The notes: a model not told the origin generated them from the sequence alone. 64,000 bases of DNA from Chrysomallon squamiferum (GCA_012295275.1 CM022667.1:15066001-15130000); one strand, 5' to 3'. Shown: positions 41,171 through 56,851, counted from the stretch's first letter. A program made the numbers and translations.

Positions 41171-44100
41171 GTTGTTGTTTGTTGTTATCTTTTCACGACT
41201 GCCATATGTTACAGGATCGAATCATACTTTCCAGTTCTTCACCTAGCCATTATTAAATATCTTAACGTTAAGTAATCTCGATTTCGTGTTTATTGTAAGG
41301 ATGTGGTTGCAGATATGCTTTTGTGCACGAGCGTATATTTGTCTGCTTCAGGGAGAAACGGATTCGGAACGATGAAAGGGGATTAAAATGTTTCGATTTT
41401 ACCGTGTACTTGTTCAGCACAAAGTTTGTTAATATTTATAACAAGGGATATTTGATATCCACTGTTTTTCCAAAAACTGGTTCATAACAACGTTTCACGT
41501 ATTTCTTTATTCGCTTCACGGCTTGTGCTGAGTAAATGGGTGGGATAAGGCAGGGAGTGTACTGGACATATAAAGTATACTGACACAGAAAGTAACGGTT
41601 GAAAAACACAATTGTTTCTACCATATACAGCACTGTGGGGGGAAAAGACAATATTCTGAATAAAAAAAAAAAAAAAAAAAAATGGCCAAACAAAAATTTC
41701 GGTTAATAAATTCATAATAGCGGATTCCACTTTTGTTGATTTACATTGTCATCATGAACGCTTGACCAATTTTTGGCAAAATGTTTTATGCTTTGTTGTA
41801 TGTGATTGTTTAGCTGACAAAGAGAAAATAAACATTCCAATGTCAGGTTGGTAGTGTTTGTACGCAGTAAGATATTTCTTCACAGATACGTTTATGTAGG
41901 TGTGCGTACGTGTGTTTACATAAACTGCAAAAAACAAATAGGAATATAACTTAATTAAATAGCATAACATAATAAAGTAAATACATGCAAACGCACAAAT
42001 ACATAAGCTGGCTCACTCAAATTAAAACGCATTATAATGCATAGATATGTAAACCGCGGAATCTTCATTTGATTTTATTAAAAAAAAAAAAAAAATAATA
42101 ATAATAATAATAATAATAATAGTAATAAATTTTGATAATAATTAATAAATAGGTAGATAGATAAATAAATAAATAAATAAAATGAGATCAATATCCGTTT
42201 TTACGAAATATTCAAAAGAACTATTATGTAACTGACGCTAAATATTTTAGGATTTCCTTCTTTTTTTTTTTTTTTTTTTTTTTGAATAACTTAAATCCAT
42301 TTTAAAACCGTTTTCATTTACAGAGATTACAGTTGTTCTACCATAAGCCACATAAATAATTTTAAAAAATTTGTTTAAAAATGCAGGATTAAAAACATTC
42401 CCGACCTATCCCACGTTATAACAAAATAACTTTAGTTCCAACCTTCCAAGGAGGAACGTGTCTGGTATCATTTATTCGTTTCTAGAAACGTCTGTTTCAC
42501 GAACCCTTTAATGACGCAAGTCTAAATCGCAGCTGCAGATGGGTCCGCTGCTTTTCAGAAACGTTTCTGTGTTTCATTCATTCCGCATAAAAGCTGCGCA
42601 CATACCACAGAAAATCCGCCCTGTGCGCCCCGTTGTTTTGTTGCCTAGGCAACGCGGCTGAAGTGCGCGCCATTGACTGGGGAGATTACTTAAGCGCGTG
42701 TCGGCAATGTCAGTTTCGTGACGTCAGGCAAGTGGCAAATAATATTAATAATTCAAGAATTCCCCAAAGTTTTTAATTAAAGACGTCAGGTGCAAATGGG
42801 TATTAGCTACGGAGGGAAATAATATTTTGTGGCAGGTGAATAGTTTAATCTGTCTCTGTACCTTTTTTTTTTTTTTTTTTTTTTTTTTTTCTCTCTGTTT
42901 TTCTCTGTTTCATTACCAGACGCCTTCTTAAACATACAAAAAAAAAAAAAAAAAAAAAAAAAACGCAACGTAACACAGAAAATAGTAAGAGATGGAGAAA
43001 GACAGAAAAAGACAGAGAGAATGAGAGATGCAACTGACAGGAAAACCAGTTTATGTAAGAACATTACCAGCAGTACTGAACGATTTTGGTGAACCTGAAT
43101 TAAGAAGCACGAAAAATTATTTTTGTATTGTTGTAACGTAGAGAATAAATAGACAATTAAGATTTACGTATTTTCGATCTTTTTAATATTTGTTTAATCA
43201 GTTTATTATTGTTTCTACGGATTAAATTTATTCGTCTTTCTTTCTCGTTTTTCTTCTTTTCTCTTTTACCTTTTTTCTCTTTTACTTTGTCCATTTATTT
43301 ATTTATTTACTTTCCTTTTCATATTATTTTTTTCTCTTTGCAACGTAAAAATAAACTGTCGACAAAAGTAACAAAACAAAAAAACAACAACGAAAACAAC
43401 CCAAAAATTTCTTTTTCAATATACCACTTCAGAAGAAAAGGTGTGAAAACTGGATTTCCTGTAGGTGATTTAAAAGTGTAACGCTGTGCACCTTTCATAT
43501 TCGTTCATGTCTGTAATACTACAGAACTGTTATTATCAAAAGTATTTGTGACGAGGCTTTGTGTCGCTTGATACGTGAGCGCAAAACAGTTCAAAACTGA
43601 ATGACCCTGGGGCGGATCTCGTGGGGGGCCCAAACATTTGAGAATGGCCCCTTCTATTTAGGATTTCTTTTCTTTTTTTTGTCAACATGTAGAACTCTTG
43701 AATTACGTTTGCCACCGACCCTGTTGTAGCACCATTATATTACGTTCCATCTGAACCATGTATTATTTTTCAATAGCGCCTTTTCATAATGAGATGGTTC
43801 CCTTTTTCACACGGACCCTCCCCTCATCAGAAAAGCTGGATCAGTCTCAGTGACGGTAACGTATTAATAATGGTGCTTTGTGGAACTTTTTCTAGGTTCC
43901 CGTTCCAGACATAAACCACACCATGATATGGTGTTTCAAATAAAATAAAATAAAATAAAATAAAATAAAATAAAATGCGGTATAGTGCATTGAAGAAATT
44001 CTTTCATCTTGAATTAATAGAGTTGAACATGAAAATGGTGTCAGCAGGTTTCTTCCATCTATTGTTACACAAAAAAGATTTTGAAATAAATAAATAAATA

Positions 44101-47100
44101 AATAAATAAATAAATATGGTTCACGCAAATTGTGTTCAGATGTCGATTAGCAAACCATGATTCACCGAATCGTTGCATATTACAGTAATGAATGACGGTT
44201 CCGTCGATAGACCGTGATACTGAGAATGGTGATGATGACGATTAATTATGATGATGATGATGATGATAATCTACGACAATCTATTATGCACCCAGCAGTT
44301 ACTGCACTGAACCAGTACAAGGAAAATATCTAATGTATATTCAAAGATAATGCAAAATCTCCCTTTTTCAGCCACGTAGATCAACAACCGGAGAAAATGT
44401 CCATGTCTGAACTAATGTAACTGATTTATATTTAAAACAGAAAATACTTAACCTCCGTAGAAAAATTCATAATACCTTTTAATCGTCCATTGTTCAATAC
44501 ATGTCATGGTATTTATTTCAGATATTTTACCTACGAGCCGAAAGGCTTAGAGAATACACACGTATAATTAGTATAGTATAATTTACTAGTTTTAAGTATA
44601 CTAATAATGTATGTGTTTGTGTGTGTGTGCTAGGATAAATTAATTATTTTTTAATCATTCTTTTTCAGGAGCCTTTCTCATCCCGTTTCTGTTTTTTCTG
44701 GTGATATGCGGTCTGCCAATGTTTTTCCTGGAGGTCACCATCGCCCAGTTCTCTGGAAAAGGACCAACCCGAGTCTGGGACATCTGCCCATTATTCCGAG
44801 GTTAGTTGCAGTTCAGAGTTTTCATTTTCTATAAATATAATATAATATAATATAATATAATATAATATAATATAACATATAACTGATTAGAATGGAAGGA
44901 AGCATAAACCATGGACTGATAAATTAGAACGGGAAATAATCAGCCTGGCGCACAATGGCAAGCGCTCTAACCACAAGACTGTGCCACACTCGTCAGTACA
45001 CTTAGGTTGCACATAAATCAGTGGAAAATAAACTTGGATTATACGACATCGTTACGCTCTGATTATTCGACAACGTGATAAAACGTCGAGAGAAAGAAAA
45101 AGGTGTGAATGGGTCAGTACAAATGGCTGTGTGGTATACCCATTAATTTCTCGCTCCATCCAGTGAGCCTATGAGTTTTGTTTATATTAAGAGTTTCTAT
45201 GTGAACTTTCTCGTTATCGAATGATTTATAATACAATAAAAAGGCCTAGCGTGAAGTCTCATTTCTGTTAAATGGTGCGCATAAAAGGTCTCGGTGGTTA
45301 GATTGATCTACACGGCATATACCCAGCGGGTTTCGTTTCTGCAACTTTTATAGCATAAAGCAGCGTTTGACACCCAGTAACAGTTAGAAGAAACGTTTGC
45401 TGAGCTGCAGTAAACTGTCATAGTCAAAAAACGATGAATTACAATGTGAATAGTAATATCACACACAATCACTGATTTGAAAAGAATGATGTCTGTTTGA
45501 AGTTTCAAAGCGCGGCTCTCTTGGGCACATAAATCACAGGCGTCGGGGAATTATTTAGAACTGACAGAATGAATCAATTTTACATTCTCTTAGTCATCTT
45601 TTAAAAAACGTAGCTGGAATAATTCCCGATTCGATCGAAGTTCCTTATGTTAATACATCCGCTGTTTATATTTGAGGTCATTGTTTTCACGTTATTTGAA
45701 CCTTGATGCTATCTTTTGTTATCAATATGCAGCTATAAATTCCATTTCCAAAATACCAGTCCGAGATTAAAACCAAAAATGTTTGTTTTCTAATAGTTAT
45801 CTTTCGAAATAAAAAAAATCAAACCATAGTTGTTTACGATAAGAACGATTAATTTTCTTAAAGTGAAAGCAATTTTCTTGTCAGGAATATTTATTCTGTA
45901 CGCGAAGCAAAACAAAATAAAAAATAAAAAATAAATAACAAAAGTTAAACTGCCACGAAGAAATTTTATCTGTGATTTAAAAAAAAACTGTAATCTCGAC
46001 ATTCCCAGCAGGTACCAGAAAAGCCATTGCGCAGAAAAAGCAACAGAAAATGTGCCATTATCAGGGAGCAATACATCAGAAAAAGTATGCAGAAAATTTA
46101 AGATAACGAAAATAACGCTGGAAAACAAACTGGCTTGGTGGGTGCGGTTTTCAAAGTCAAATTAACACCGTTTCGTTTATTTATTTTTCTTTAATTTGTA
46201 GCTTTTCTTTAAAGTTTTGTTTTTCTCCTGTTTTCTGATTACTGTATTAAAGTGTATTGTGATTATTTTCTACCATAAAGCACAGTCCTGCCTTATATTA
46301 CTCTGAATCAACTGCATAATTTAATATATTATGGTATAATTCACTTACACACACATACGATATAATTTGATTTTTTTTTTTTTTACAAATTTGCTTTACA
46401 TTTTGTCGTCTGCCAGTAGTTCAATTCAGAAATGCATCCATTTCAGAAATCGATATTTTGTTTATATTGACCTTCAGGAAGAAATATGAATATTATCTGT
46501 TTGTAGAACTTTTGTATTAACGGCACAAAAACTCTTTATTGCCAACGAAAAATCCACACATGCCTGTCCTGTGATTTCTGTCAGCAGTAAAGCTGTATTA
46601 AAACTCAAAAAAAAAAAGCCACAAAGCAGGTTTACGCGTGCATTACCTAACTTACGTAAGCAGGATTGTTCTGTGCTGGGCCCCGGGGGCGTTCGTGAAC
46701 AATATAATTAGTGGGGTATGTTTTTTTAATGTGGTTAAGCGATATATCATGTACTACTGTCTGATCTTATTATTATGATATCGTGTTACAGTCTGCGGTT
46801 TCAGTAATGTTTAGTATCGTACGTCATCGTACTTTTTATTGTATTATGTCATCTCGTGTTGTGCAATTAATTGATTTTTATGGCACTGTAGTGTATTGTA
46901 TAACTTCACATGTGTACTATTGTATAGTATGCTGTATTCTAAGAGTCTTAAAGAACACAACTGTACTCTATTTTGCACTGTATGGCATATCATTTTACGA
47001 TGTATTTTTTCATTATTATTATTATAATTATAATATTTTATATTTTATATTGTATATACAGTTGTCGTGGATACCGTTTAATGTATCATATAGTATATTA

Positions 47101-47869
47101 TTGGACTGATTAAATTATATATTGTATAGATTTAAAGCTATGAAGTTCTGTGTATCAAAATTATTGTATAGATTGTTACGATATTGATGTTTAGTATCCT
47201 ATATTGTATTGTGTTGATATAGTGTATGGTATTGCTGTTTACAGTGTTGTATTACATTGTATTCGACATTTTATTCTATGTATGTACTGTACTGTATACT
47301 GTTGTATCTTTAAAACGTGTGAACTTTGTACTGTATTTTATTACATTTAAAATGGTATTGAAGTGTAGTGCACTGTATGTTACTGTATTATACAGTATTG
47401 TATTTATTTACGTCTGTATTGTATTAAAGGAGTCGGTTTCGGAATGACGGTCGTCTCCTTCCTCATGGCGATGTACTACAACATGATCATAGCCTGGTGC
47501 ATCTACTACATCATCCGCTCATGCAGCACCGTCCTTCCGTGGACGACGTGCGGCAACTGGTGGAACACGCCTTTGTGCGAGGAGGAGCAGGCCGTGGTGG
47601 CAGTCAACGGCAGCATCGTTGTCAACAACGCAACAAGCGCAAGCATCGTCAAAAACATCAGTGACGTCAGCAACGTCACATACGCTCTGGGTGCTCAGGT
47701 TGATGCCGCCGTCAGCAATGTCACTGGTCTGAAGACGTGGACGAACGACACTCTGTCCCACACGTCGGTGGAAGAATTTTGGCAGTAAGAATAATTTGAG
47801 TTATTTTTTTTGTTGTTACGAAATGTTAAATGTTGATTAGACGGATGAGCGGAAGAGAGGATGATAAAG

Positions 47870-47935
<66 letters not shown>

Positions 47936-48781
47936 GGTTTTGAAATTAAACTGTATTTTATATACTAATTATTATTCAGATACAACACACTACGTATTTC
48001 AAGTGGTTTGGAGGATATTGGAGAACTGCAATGGCACCTGGTACTGTGTTTTATGGGGGCGTGGCTTATTATTTTTTTCTGTCTCATCCGTGGTATCAAG
48101 TCTGTCGGCAAGGTAAGAGTTTTAGCTCATTATCGAGACAGAACTTTATATTCTGTGAACTTCTAATATCATTTACTCGTAAAGCTTGCTTAAACCGACT
48201 GTTGTCTCAAAAACAGACTACAGCTCTTTGTTGTGTGTGTATTTATATTTTTTGCGTCTTAATTACATGCTTTCAACGCCATCCCCCCTCCCCCCAAAAA
48301 AAAAACAAAGAAAAAAAAACAACAACAAAAAACGCGATAAACAATGCCAAAAACATTCTAGCTGTTTAGCGCGCAAATTGTTTGGCGATACCGGAAGCTG
48401 TTTGCCGGCGAAATAGCAAGCGCGTGACTCTGACGTAGACAAATAGAGTTAATGGAAATTCTTGCTGAACCGAGCCTTTTTAGATCAAAAGCGCTTTCTT
48501 CAGGCGGGCTACTTATGTCTGTTTAATTAATTCATTTTTTATTTTTTTTCGTTGTACATCTGTTTTCAGTTTAAGATGTAATTTAAGTATGGACAGGGAA
48601 TACTGGTGTTATGTTTGTTTAGATTTGAAATAGACATTTACGTTGTTAAATGTTTTAGTATTTAATAATATTTGACCCTAAAACGGGGAGTTAACGATTT
48701 GTCACAGTCTGTCTGTCTGTCTGTCTATCCTTTTCTCTCTGTGTAAAATTGACGATTGAATTTGATTTGTAAATTATTATT

Positions 48782-48816
<35 letters not shown>

Positions 48817-50474
48817 TATTATTATTATTACAACTTTCAAATAATCAAATTCTGATAAGAAATTAGAATTCAAACAGAACGAAACCATACCTTTTTCACT
48901 GTCTTCCTGTTTACCCCATCTGATCTACAATGACGTCATAGCATTGTTAACGTCATGCTGTTGTTAACGTCTTACCTTACATTCCCCAACCAAATACGTT
49001 TTCACAATTAACTTCTCTAAAAATAACATCAACAGATATAAATGATAAACCAGTGATTTTAGACATATGCAAGATGGGTTAGGCTGTTTGTTCAAAGTAC
49101 TTCAAAAACACCTTAATTCGTTTAATAGTATCATCATTATTTTCTGTTTATCATGCTTACATAACCCACAGGTAGTTCAAAATTTCATGAGCTGTAATTT
49201 AAAATCCTTTTAGTAGAGAAATTAAAATAAAATAAAATGATAAAACCATTAAGAGCGAAAGCAAAGAAAAAAAAAAAAATAAAAAAAAAAGAAAAGAATG
49301 AAAAGAAAAAACGACGTAAATCGGAATATTTATGGCCTTCGGAGACATCCAGACCAATCCGATCCTAGAATTTCTGGAAACTTTCTGAAGGTGACGAATT
49401 ACAGGATATATGCAGCGACAGCTAGCACAATATAATTATAACCTTAACGATAGAAATAATGATTGAATTCACATTTAAACCTAGGTGTGGTCTTTGCCTA
49501 GCTGGGCAGCAATAAACGCATGCGCCCACCATTTTTAATTAATAAAAGCTTTCGAGCAGAGCAAACTACGCATAGTCGGACAGACAAAAGAAATTATCGT
49601 TTGGCCCAGAACACGAGGAAAAGAACCATTGTTAGCGGGTAATAAAAATCAATCGATTCTTAGCAAAGCTATCTTCATTATAATAATCCTATTTTGCTTT
49701 TTATTGCAGTAATTTTCCGTTATGATTAAGGCCACAGGTAGATATTTACGTACAACGATCACGTGGCAATCTTTACTCGTTGACTTATTTATATGTTGTC
49801 GCCATGACGACCACCGATTGGCAAAGAAATATTCTGGATAACAGAACCATTGGAACGGCCGTTTGCGAAAACATTATTTATTCGTGAATAAAAATACGCC
49901 ATTAACGATTTTGATATTCACACTCACGTACAGACACGAACTTAATATTACAAAGGATGCAAGGTATTGTTAAAATTCATACGTTCCAAAACATGATTAT
50001 GAATAATGAAAGATTACATTTTAATACAAATTCCCTAAAAAACCAACAACAACAATAACAACAACAACAAAAACCCACAACATCCAAACAAAAAACAAAA
50101 ACACAAAAAAAACAAGAACAAACGAATTAATGAATAAATAAACAAATAAATAAATAAATAAATAAATAAATAAAAATAAATAAATAAATAAAATGTTTTT
50201 CGTCAAATCAAGCAGATTGATCCCACAAACAGTTTTTCCCACACGTAAAAATGAACCCCTGCAGTTAATTCCTAAGATAAGGCCATGGCATTTTGGCAGC
50301 TGGTAATTTCCCACTTACAAAATGTATGGTTGGCTCCACTAAAACACTGAAACAGGTATACGGACACGTTTACATTTAATAACAGTTTGAACGTCCCACA
50401 AAACACGTTTATTTATTTTTCATTGTATTTTTTGTTATTATTATAATTTGTTGTTGTTTTTTTTTTTTTTTTTT

Positions 50475-50559
<85 letters not shown>

Positions 50560-51021
50560 TTGGGCAAGTTAATAATAACAATAACAAAACAACAAAATAA
50601 GTTATTATCAAGCAACAAAAAGTCCAAACTTAAAAAAAAAAATAAAAATAAATAAATAAAAAAGATAATTTAAAAGATAAATTTAAAGATTAAAATAAAA
50701 TTCAATAAAATAATATTAAATTACAATAAATTTAAAATACAGTAAGATAAAACAAACGATAAAAATAAATAAATACATAAATCAGTAAATGACAATGTGA
50801 ATATATAATGTAGGGCTGGCATCTGCCAGTTATTTTGTGTGTGTATATATATATTTTATTATTTTCCTGAAAGCAACATCGACAAGCAGCTGCTGTGACA
50901 ATAAAGATAAAGATCAAACAAAATAATTTGTTTATTCCAGATGTCGATTTCCTATTTCAGAATGGAGGTGATACTTTAAATAAATGAAAATAGATCTGAA
51001 TAATTATATCGATTTAACAAA

Positions 51022-51056
<35 letters not shown>

Positions 51057-51872
51057 CCAAGAATTTCAAACTATTGTTGTTAACAATGATTAGAATAAAT
51101 TTTATTTTAATTTCGATTGCATATGTTTAATTAATTAATATTAAATACATATTTTGATATTAATTATATGTTGATAATATTAAATTTTGTTTTATTCAAA
51201 ACTGATTTCATTTAATTTCAGTTCAGTTGCGTAAAACATTAGTTTGTTATTAATTAATTTTAAATGCATGTATTATAATGGTATCTATTAGTAATGCAAA
51301 ACGCTATTCATTTCTCATATGTTCTCATTTAAAAATATATATTTGTAACTTATTATGTCTAACGCAAAAATAGGGAACTTGTAGTCTTCAGTTTAAGCAA
51401 AATAATCTTTAAATAATAAAAAAACGAATCGAATCATTTGCTGGGAAAAGAATATTATTACAAAACTGAAATTTTTTTATTAATAGTAAAGTGTAACAGA
51501 AATAATTATGTACAGTTCTGTTTTTCCACATCTGTTACAGGTTTTGTTTCTATCAGCCAAAATGACATTATAAAATAATGGTTATGTGCTAAAAATATTT
51601 CATACGCAGAACTTGTTATTTTATTGTAAAACTTTATTATTAACAAAGGCTGATAATCGCTAAGCTTTAAACAAAACATTAAGTTCTAAAATAAATAAAT
51701 ACGTTTAAAAAGAGTTGGAAAGATATTTAAGGTATAAAATTCTATTCCAATTAAAACTAGCAGTGGCTTTTTTTTATATATGTCCAGCGTCATGGAAAAA
51801 TTAATTAAACACACACATATATATTCTATAGAACTGCATAATTATAATTACTATAGAGTTGTTTTGTTTTTG

Positions 51873-51906
<34 letters not shown>

Positions 51907-51907
51907 C

Positions 51908-51989
<82 letters not shown>

Positions 51990-53787
51990 TGCAACTGTAT
52001 AGAAAATATATGTGTGTTTAATTAATATCTCCATGACGCTGGACATATATAAAAAAAAAGCCACTGCTAGTTTTAACTGGAATAGAATTTTATAAAATAA
52101 ATATGTTTTCAGCTCTTTTTAAACGTATTTATTTATTTATTTTAGAACATATATATATAAAATCTTCATAAAAAAATAGAGGATTTTAATGTCATCATGA
52201 CCTTGAATAAAATTTAACCCTTACTTCTCTTGTTGTCGTTGTGAAATAAATAAATAAACATGTGAAAGAAAAAACAACCCCCCACCCCAAACAAACAAGG
52301 AAATAAATAAATAAACAACGCAAAGTGCCACACATTTTGAATTATTATAGACATAAATTAAAACAGAACTTTCAGATTAAATGCGCAATATGTTATATGA
52401 AAAGCAGGCGTCCCGCAATGCACTTGAGCATGTACTTACAGCTGATGCTATTTTCAGTAATGATAATTACAAACAGAGAGAAATATTTGTAGTTTCCTAA
52501 TTGTAGCAGTCTTGACAGATGTCTGATTACGTAATACATGCAAACAAAATACGTGTTTCTAATAGTTACCATTATTAGAGCATTTTGAGCGTCACTTCTC
52601 GTTAATGAACTGCAATTTAATCTGCCCGTTCTGTTGTTGAATAATAATAACATTAACAAAAAGGACTGATGGTTATTATTATTAAAAAAAACGCCATTTA
52701 TCTCATTCACTTTGTTATTGTATTTATCAGTAATGAGAACACATTAAAGAAGAAATACGGTATAAGGTGTCAAAGCAAGTTGCTTAGTGTGAATGCTGCT
52801 TAGCTGCAGCCACTGCACTATTAGCAAATGACCGATATATTCTACGATTCTAACATAAAAAGTCAGTCTTTGGGGAAAATAAAGTATAACCTTAATGAGG
52901 CCAGTGTGTGAGCATTTATAACCGATTCTCCCTTTTTATGACAGCACAAGATGCATTTTAGAATTATTTATTAACACATACCACAGCTAATCAAGCGAAA
53001 ATGACAAAATTGTTTGGAATATGTAAATGACTGCTCCTAACTTCAAGGAGAAGAACACCGTACACTGCGAAATTAGCCAGAATAACTTGAACCACGCGTT
53101 TTATTTTATTCATTACAAAGACACGTTTATATTTTTAACAAAAAACAACAACAGCAATCCAATGGGAGCATATAAAATGCTAATAAACGTTTTTCTCATC
53201 ATCGTGTGTACATTTTAACCGCACAAATTAATCACTTTCAATATTCAGCTCTGGCACAGGTTTTTAAGGTCAAATGATCGATAAGCTGTTGTTGTTCGAT
53301 TTGTAATTTATTTCTCGTTTGGCAAAGTTCATCTTAGTCACCTGCACACTGCATATATATATAATACATAGAGAGACAATACAAATCTAAATGTATTCAT
53401 GCACATATAAAATTATATGCTAACATGTTTGCTTATATTTCTATAGGTATATCCATATGTACACACTTGCACACATATAATATTATATTTCAACATTCAT
53501 ACATATAATTTACATGATTACATACAGATATGTACATATGTAAATATAAGCATGTCTGCATATATACACATTTATATAAAATGAATATATAGTTACATAC
53601 ATACATACAAAATACACCCTTCTCTATGTAGTTAGTAAATAAGCAGTTTATTTTCTCCCCTCTCATTCGTCTTCCTGTTCTCACTCTCCCCGTTTACTTT
53701 TGATTAATTATACATTCCAAGTCTTTTTTTCTGTCTCTCTCGATCTCTTTCTGATTCTGTTTGTCTCTCTGACTCTTTCTAAGTGTG

Positions 53788-53883
<96 letters not shown>

Positions 53884-55718
53884 TCTGTCTGTCTGTCTGA
53901 CTCTCACTCGGTGCGCATATTTTTCTCAATCTCTGTTAAAAACAGCACACATTTACTAAAAATAAAGGATAACTGTCATTATTGATTGTCCTTGAAAACC
54001 CGCCCAGTAAATATATTTTCCTTTAGTTATTGTCATTTACAGAGAGCCATGACCTGTGAAACTCATCTAAACATGTCAGTGACCTTTACTTAATAAATGT
54101 CTGTTTTCCTTTTGGATGAAATTTCAAACCAGTATACCAAGAGAATTCTATCTTTGTGGTGAATAGGCTTGTTTTATTGTTTATCTTAATATCAGACAAG
54201 CTCTATGGAATATAATTATACTGGTTACGTATTTGAATTACGTAACACGTAATACCAGTTTTATAGCTATACACTGTGTGAAATGAAATATGTATGATTA
54301 TGTTATTATTACGCCTTATACTGAATATGTTGTTGTTTTGAGGGGGGGGTAATGGGTTTTTTGGGGGTGGAGGGCGGGATGTGGGGTTTTATCTTCTGTT
54401 TCTGTTTCTTTTTTTCTTTTTTTTTTTCTCTCTGTAATATGATATCTAAGGTAGAAAATAAACAGGAAAAAAAAAATTTAAAATATAATGTTACATGTTT
54501 TTCTAGGTGTGTGAATGTTTGTATTTGTTGTTGTTGCACAGAGATGTAACTAAAATAGTAAAGGAATGTCTGTCTGTACATATTTACTTACATGAATCGA
54601 TGGAAGAATGTAGGTGGAAAAGAAAAGAAACATGCATGCAGAGTTATAAAAAAAACGTGAAAACAAAAAAAAGATTAACATTATAGCGATACGAGTTTAG
54701 AGGTTAGACCATTTTAAGAACAAACATAAAATAAATAAATAAATAAATAAATGACTTACAAGAAAAGCTTGCGCAGTAAAAACCCACCAGGTGACGTAAA
54801 TTTCATTGTTGACGTTAACAAGCGACAATTAGAAAATGTCGAGAAAACATCCTGTTTTTTTTCGTTTTGTGTAATAATAATTAGTTTCTGTATTCAGTCA
54901 TTGTAAAAACAAAAAAAAAAAAAAAAAAAAAAAAAAATAATAATAATAAATTTTTTTTTTTTTTTATCAAAGAAAGAAACTATTTGTCACGGGATGGGTT
55001 TCAGGATTAAACCTATACAGCGCGCTCGTTCAGTTCTTTACTAACCCTCATTCCACTCGTAATAACAACAGAAAAAAAAAAAAAAATACTACGAAAAAAA
55101 CAACAACGAAAAATAGCTAAAAAAAGTTAGCGAGGTCACTCTGAACAACTAGATAACAGTTTTTTAAGTGATAACAGAAAAAAGTCTTATAAGTGTCACT
55201 ATTAAACTCGTTCGGAGTCTTGTTGTATGTTGTTTAAAAAATAATATGATTAATAATTTGAAACACATGAAAGAAAAAACGAAAGTCTTGATTTTAGAAA
55301 TTAGTAAATAAATATATAAAGAACAATCTAATTATTAACAAAAAACTTTAGTATTTTGAAGGATAATAATATTTTAAGATGTTAACTGTTAATTTTTAAC
55401 ACATTTTAATCATAAAATTATTAATTATTAACGAGGGGAGGTCACTCCAACTAACACTTTCAAAAGCAGACGGCAATTCGAAGAAACGTTTTTTGGTCAA
55501 GTTGTTATTTTAATGTATTAAAATATATAAATATTTGTTTAACACTTAACATAAACGCAGGAAAAAATATTACACTAAAAGGTAAACAATTGTTATAACA
55601 TGATTTTTGGTTGTTTTGTTTTGTTTGTTTTTGCTTTAAGTTGTTATATCATCTGGTCTTTCTTGACAGAAACGTACAAGTTTTATATTTGAAAATACAA
55701 ATAACTTCAGTAAAACAA

Positions 55719-55767
<49 letters not shown>

Positions 55768-55906
55768 ATTATTATTTTAAATATGTGAATAATTATGTTA
55801 TTTCATGAAAATCTGTCATGTCAGTAAATAAATAATTGAACAGTATTATTAAAAGTTAGCTACGTATGCTTGATAATTCAAATTATTGTTGTTGTTGTTG
55901 TTGTTG

Positions 55907-55937
<31 letters not shown>

Positions 55938-56851
55938 CTTTTCTTCTAGGTTGTTTATGTAACTGCCACTTTGCCGTATCTACTTCTGTTGATTCTTCTT
56001 GTACGGGGACTAACGTTACCAGGAGCTGTAGATGGACTGATATTTTATCTCAAGCCAAACTTCAGCAAATTGCTTGAAGTGCAGGTATACCATCAATAAT
56101 TATTTTTTATTTCTATACATAAAAACAAGATCATTTTGATAGTTATTTATTAAATGATATAAACATTTAATCAAATATTACTACTACTTCTACTACTACC
56201 ACCACTACTACTACTAATAATCATTGTCATCATCATTATTATCATCATCATCAACAACAACATCATAATAACAAAACATTAATTTAAAGAATAAATAAGA
56301 AAGCTGTCAATTCAATTTCTTTTCTAAAATTTATAAATTATTATTTTGTTTCCTTCTAATTGTTGTGTACATATCATAAGAACAGTGTTATGAAGAAGGC
56401 TAAAAAATAAAAACAACACAGTCCATTTATTCTCACACAAAGTGTGTATATTTTTATCATATTTTAGTTTTTAGCTAGAGCTGATCACTTGGATTAACAT
56501 AACATTTTTTATATATCCTGACTTTTTACTGATAGAACCAAAGCTATACACTCAGACATAATATTATTCTGTTGACTTACATGCAGTTATGGTTTTTTTG
56601 TTTGTTTGATTATTTATTTATTTATTAATTTTTATCTTATTTATTTATTTATTTTTCTGTTTCATTCAGGTATGGCTAGAAGCTTGTCTTCAAGTGTTCT
56701 ATTCTCTTGGACCAGCCTGGGGTGGTATTATTACTATGGCCAGTTACAACAAGTTCAGCAACAACTGTTTAAGGTAAAGTGAATAAGTTTCAAGAATTAT
56801 TATAAATTAATTTTCTATATGACAAAAACATTTATATATAAAAAAAGAAAA

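Noticed and set aside
44935-44995. tRNA-like A-box on the minus strand (TGGTTAGAGCG); similar hints near 23860 and 45290
   Set aside because: No cloverleaf or intact B-box; at most decayed SINE heads, too weak to call.
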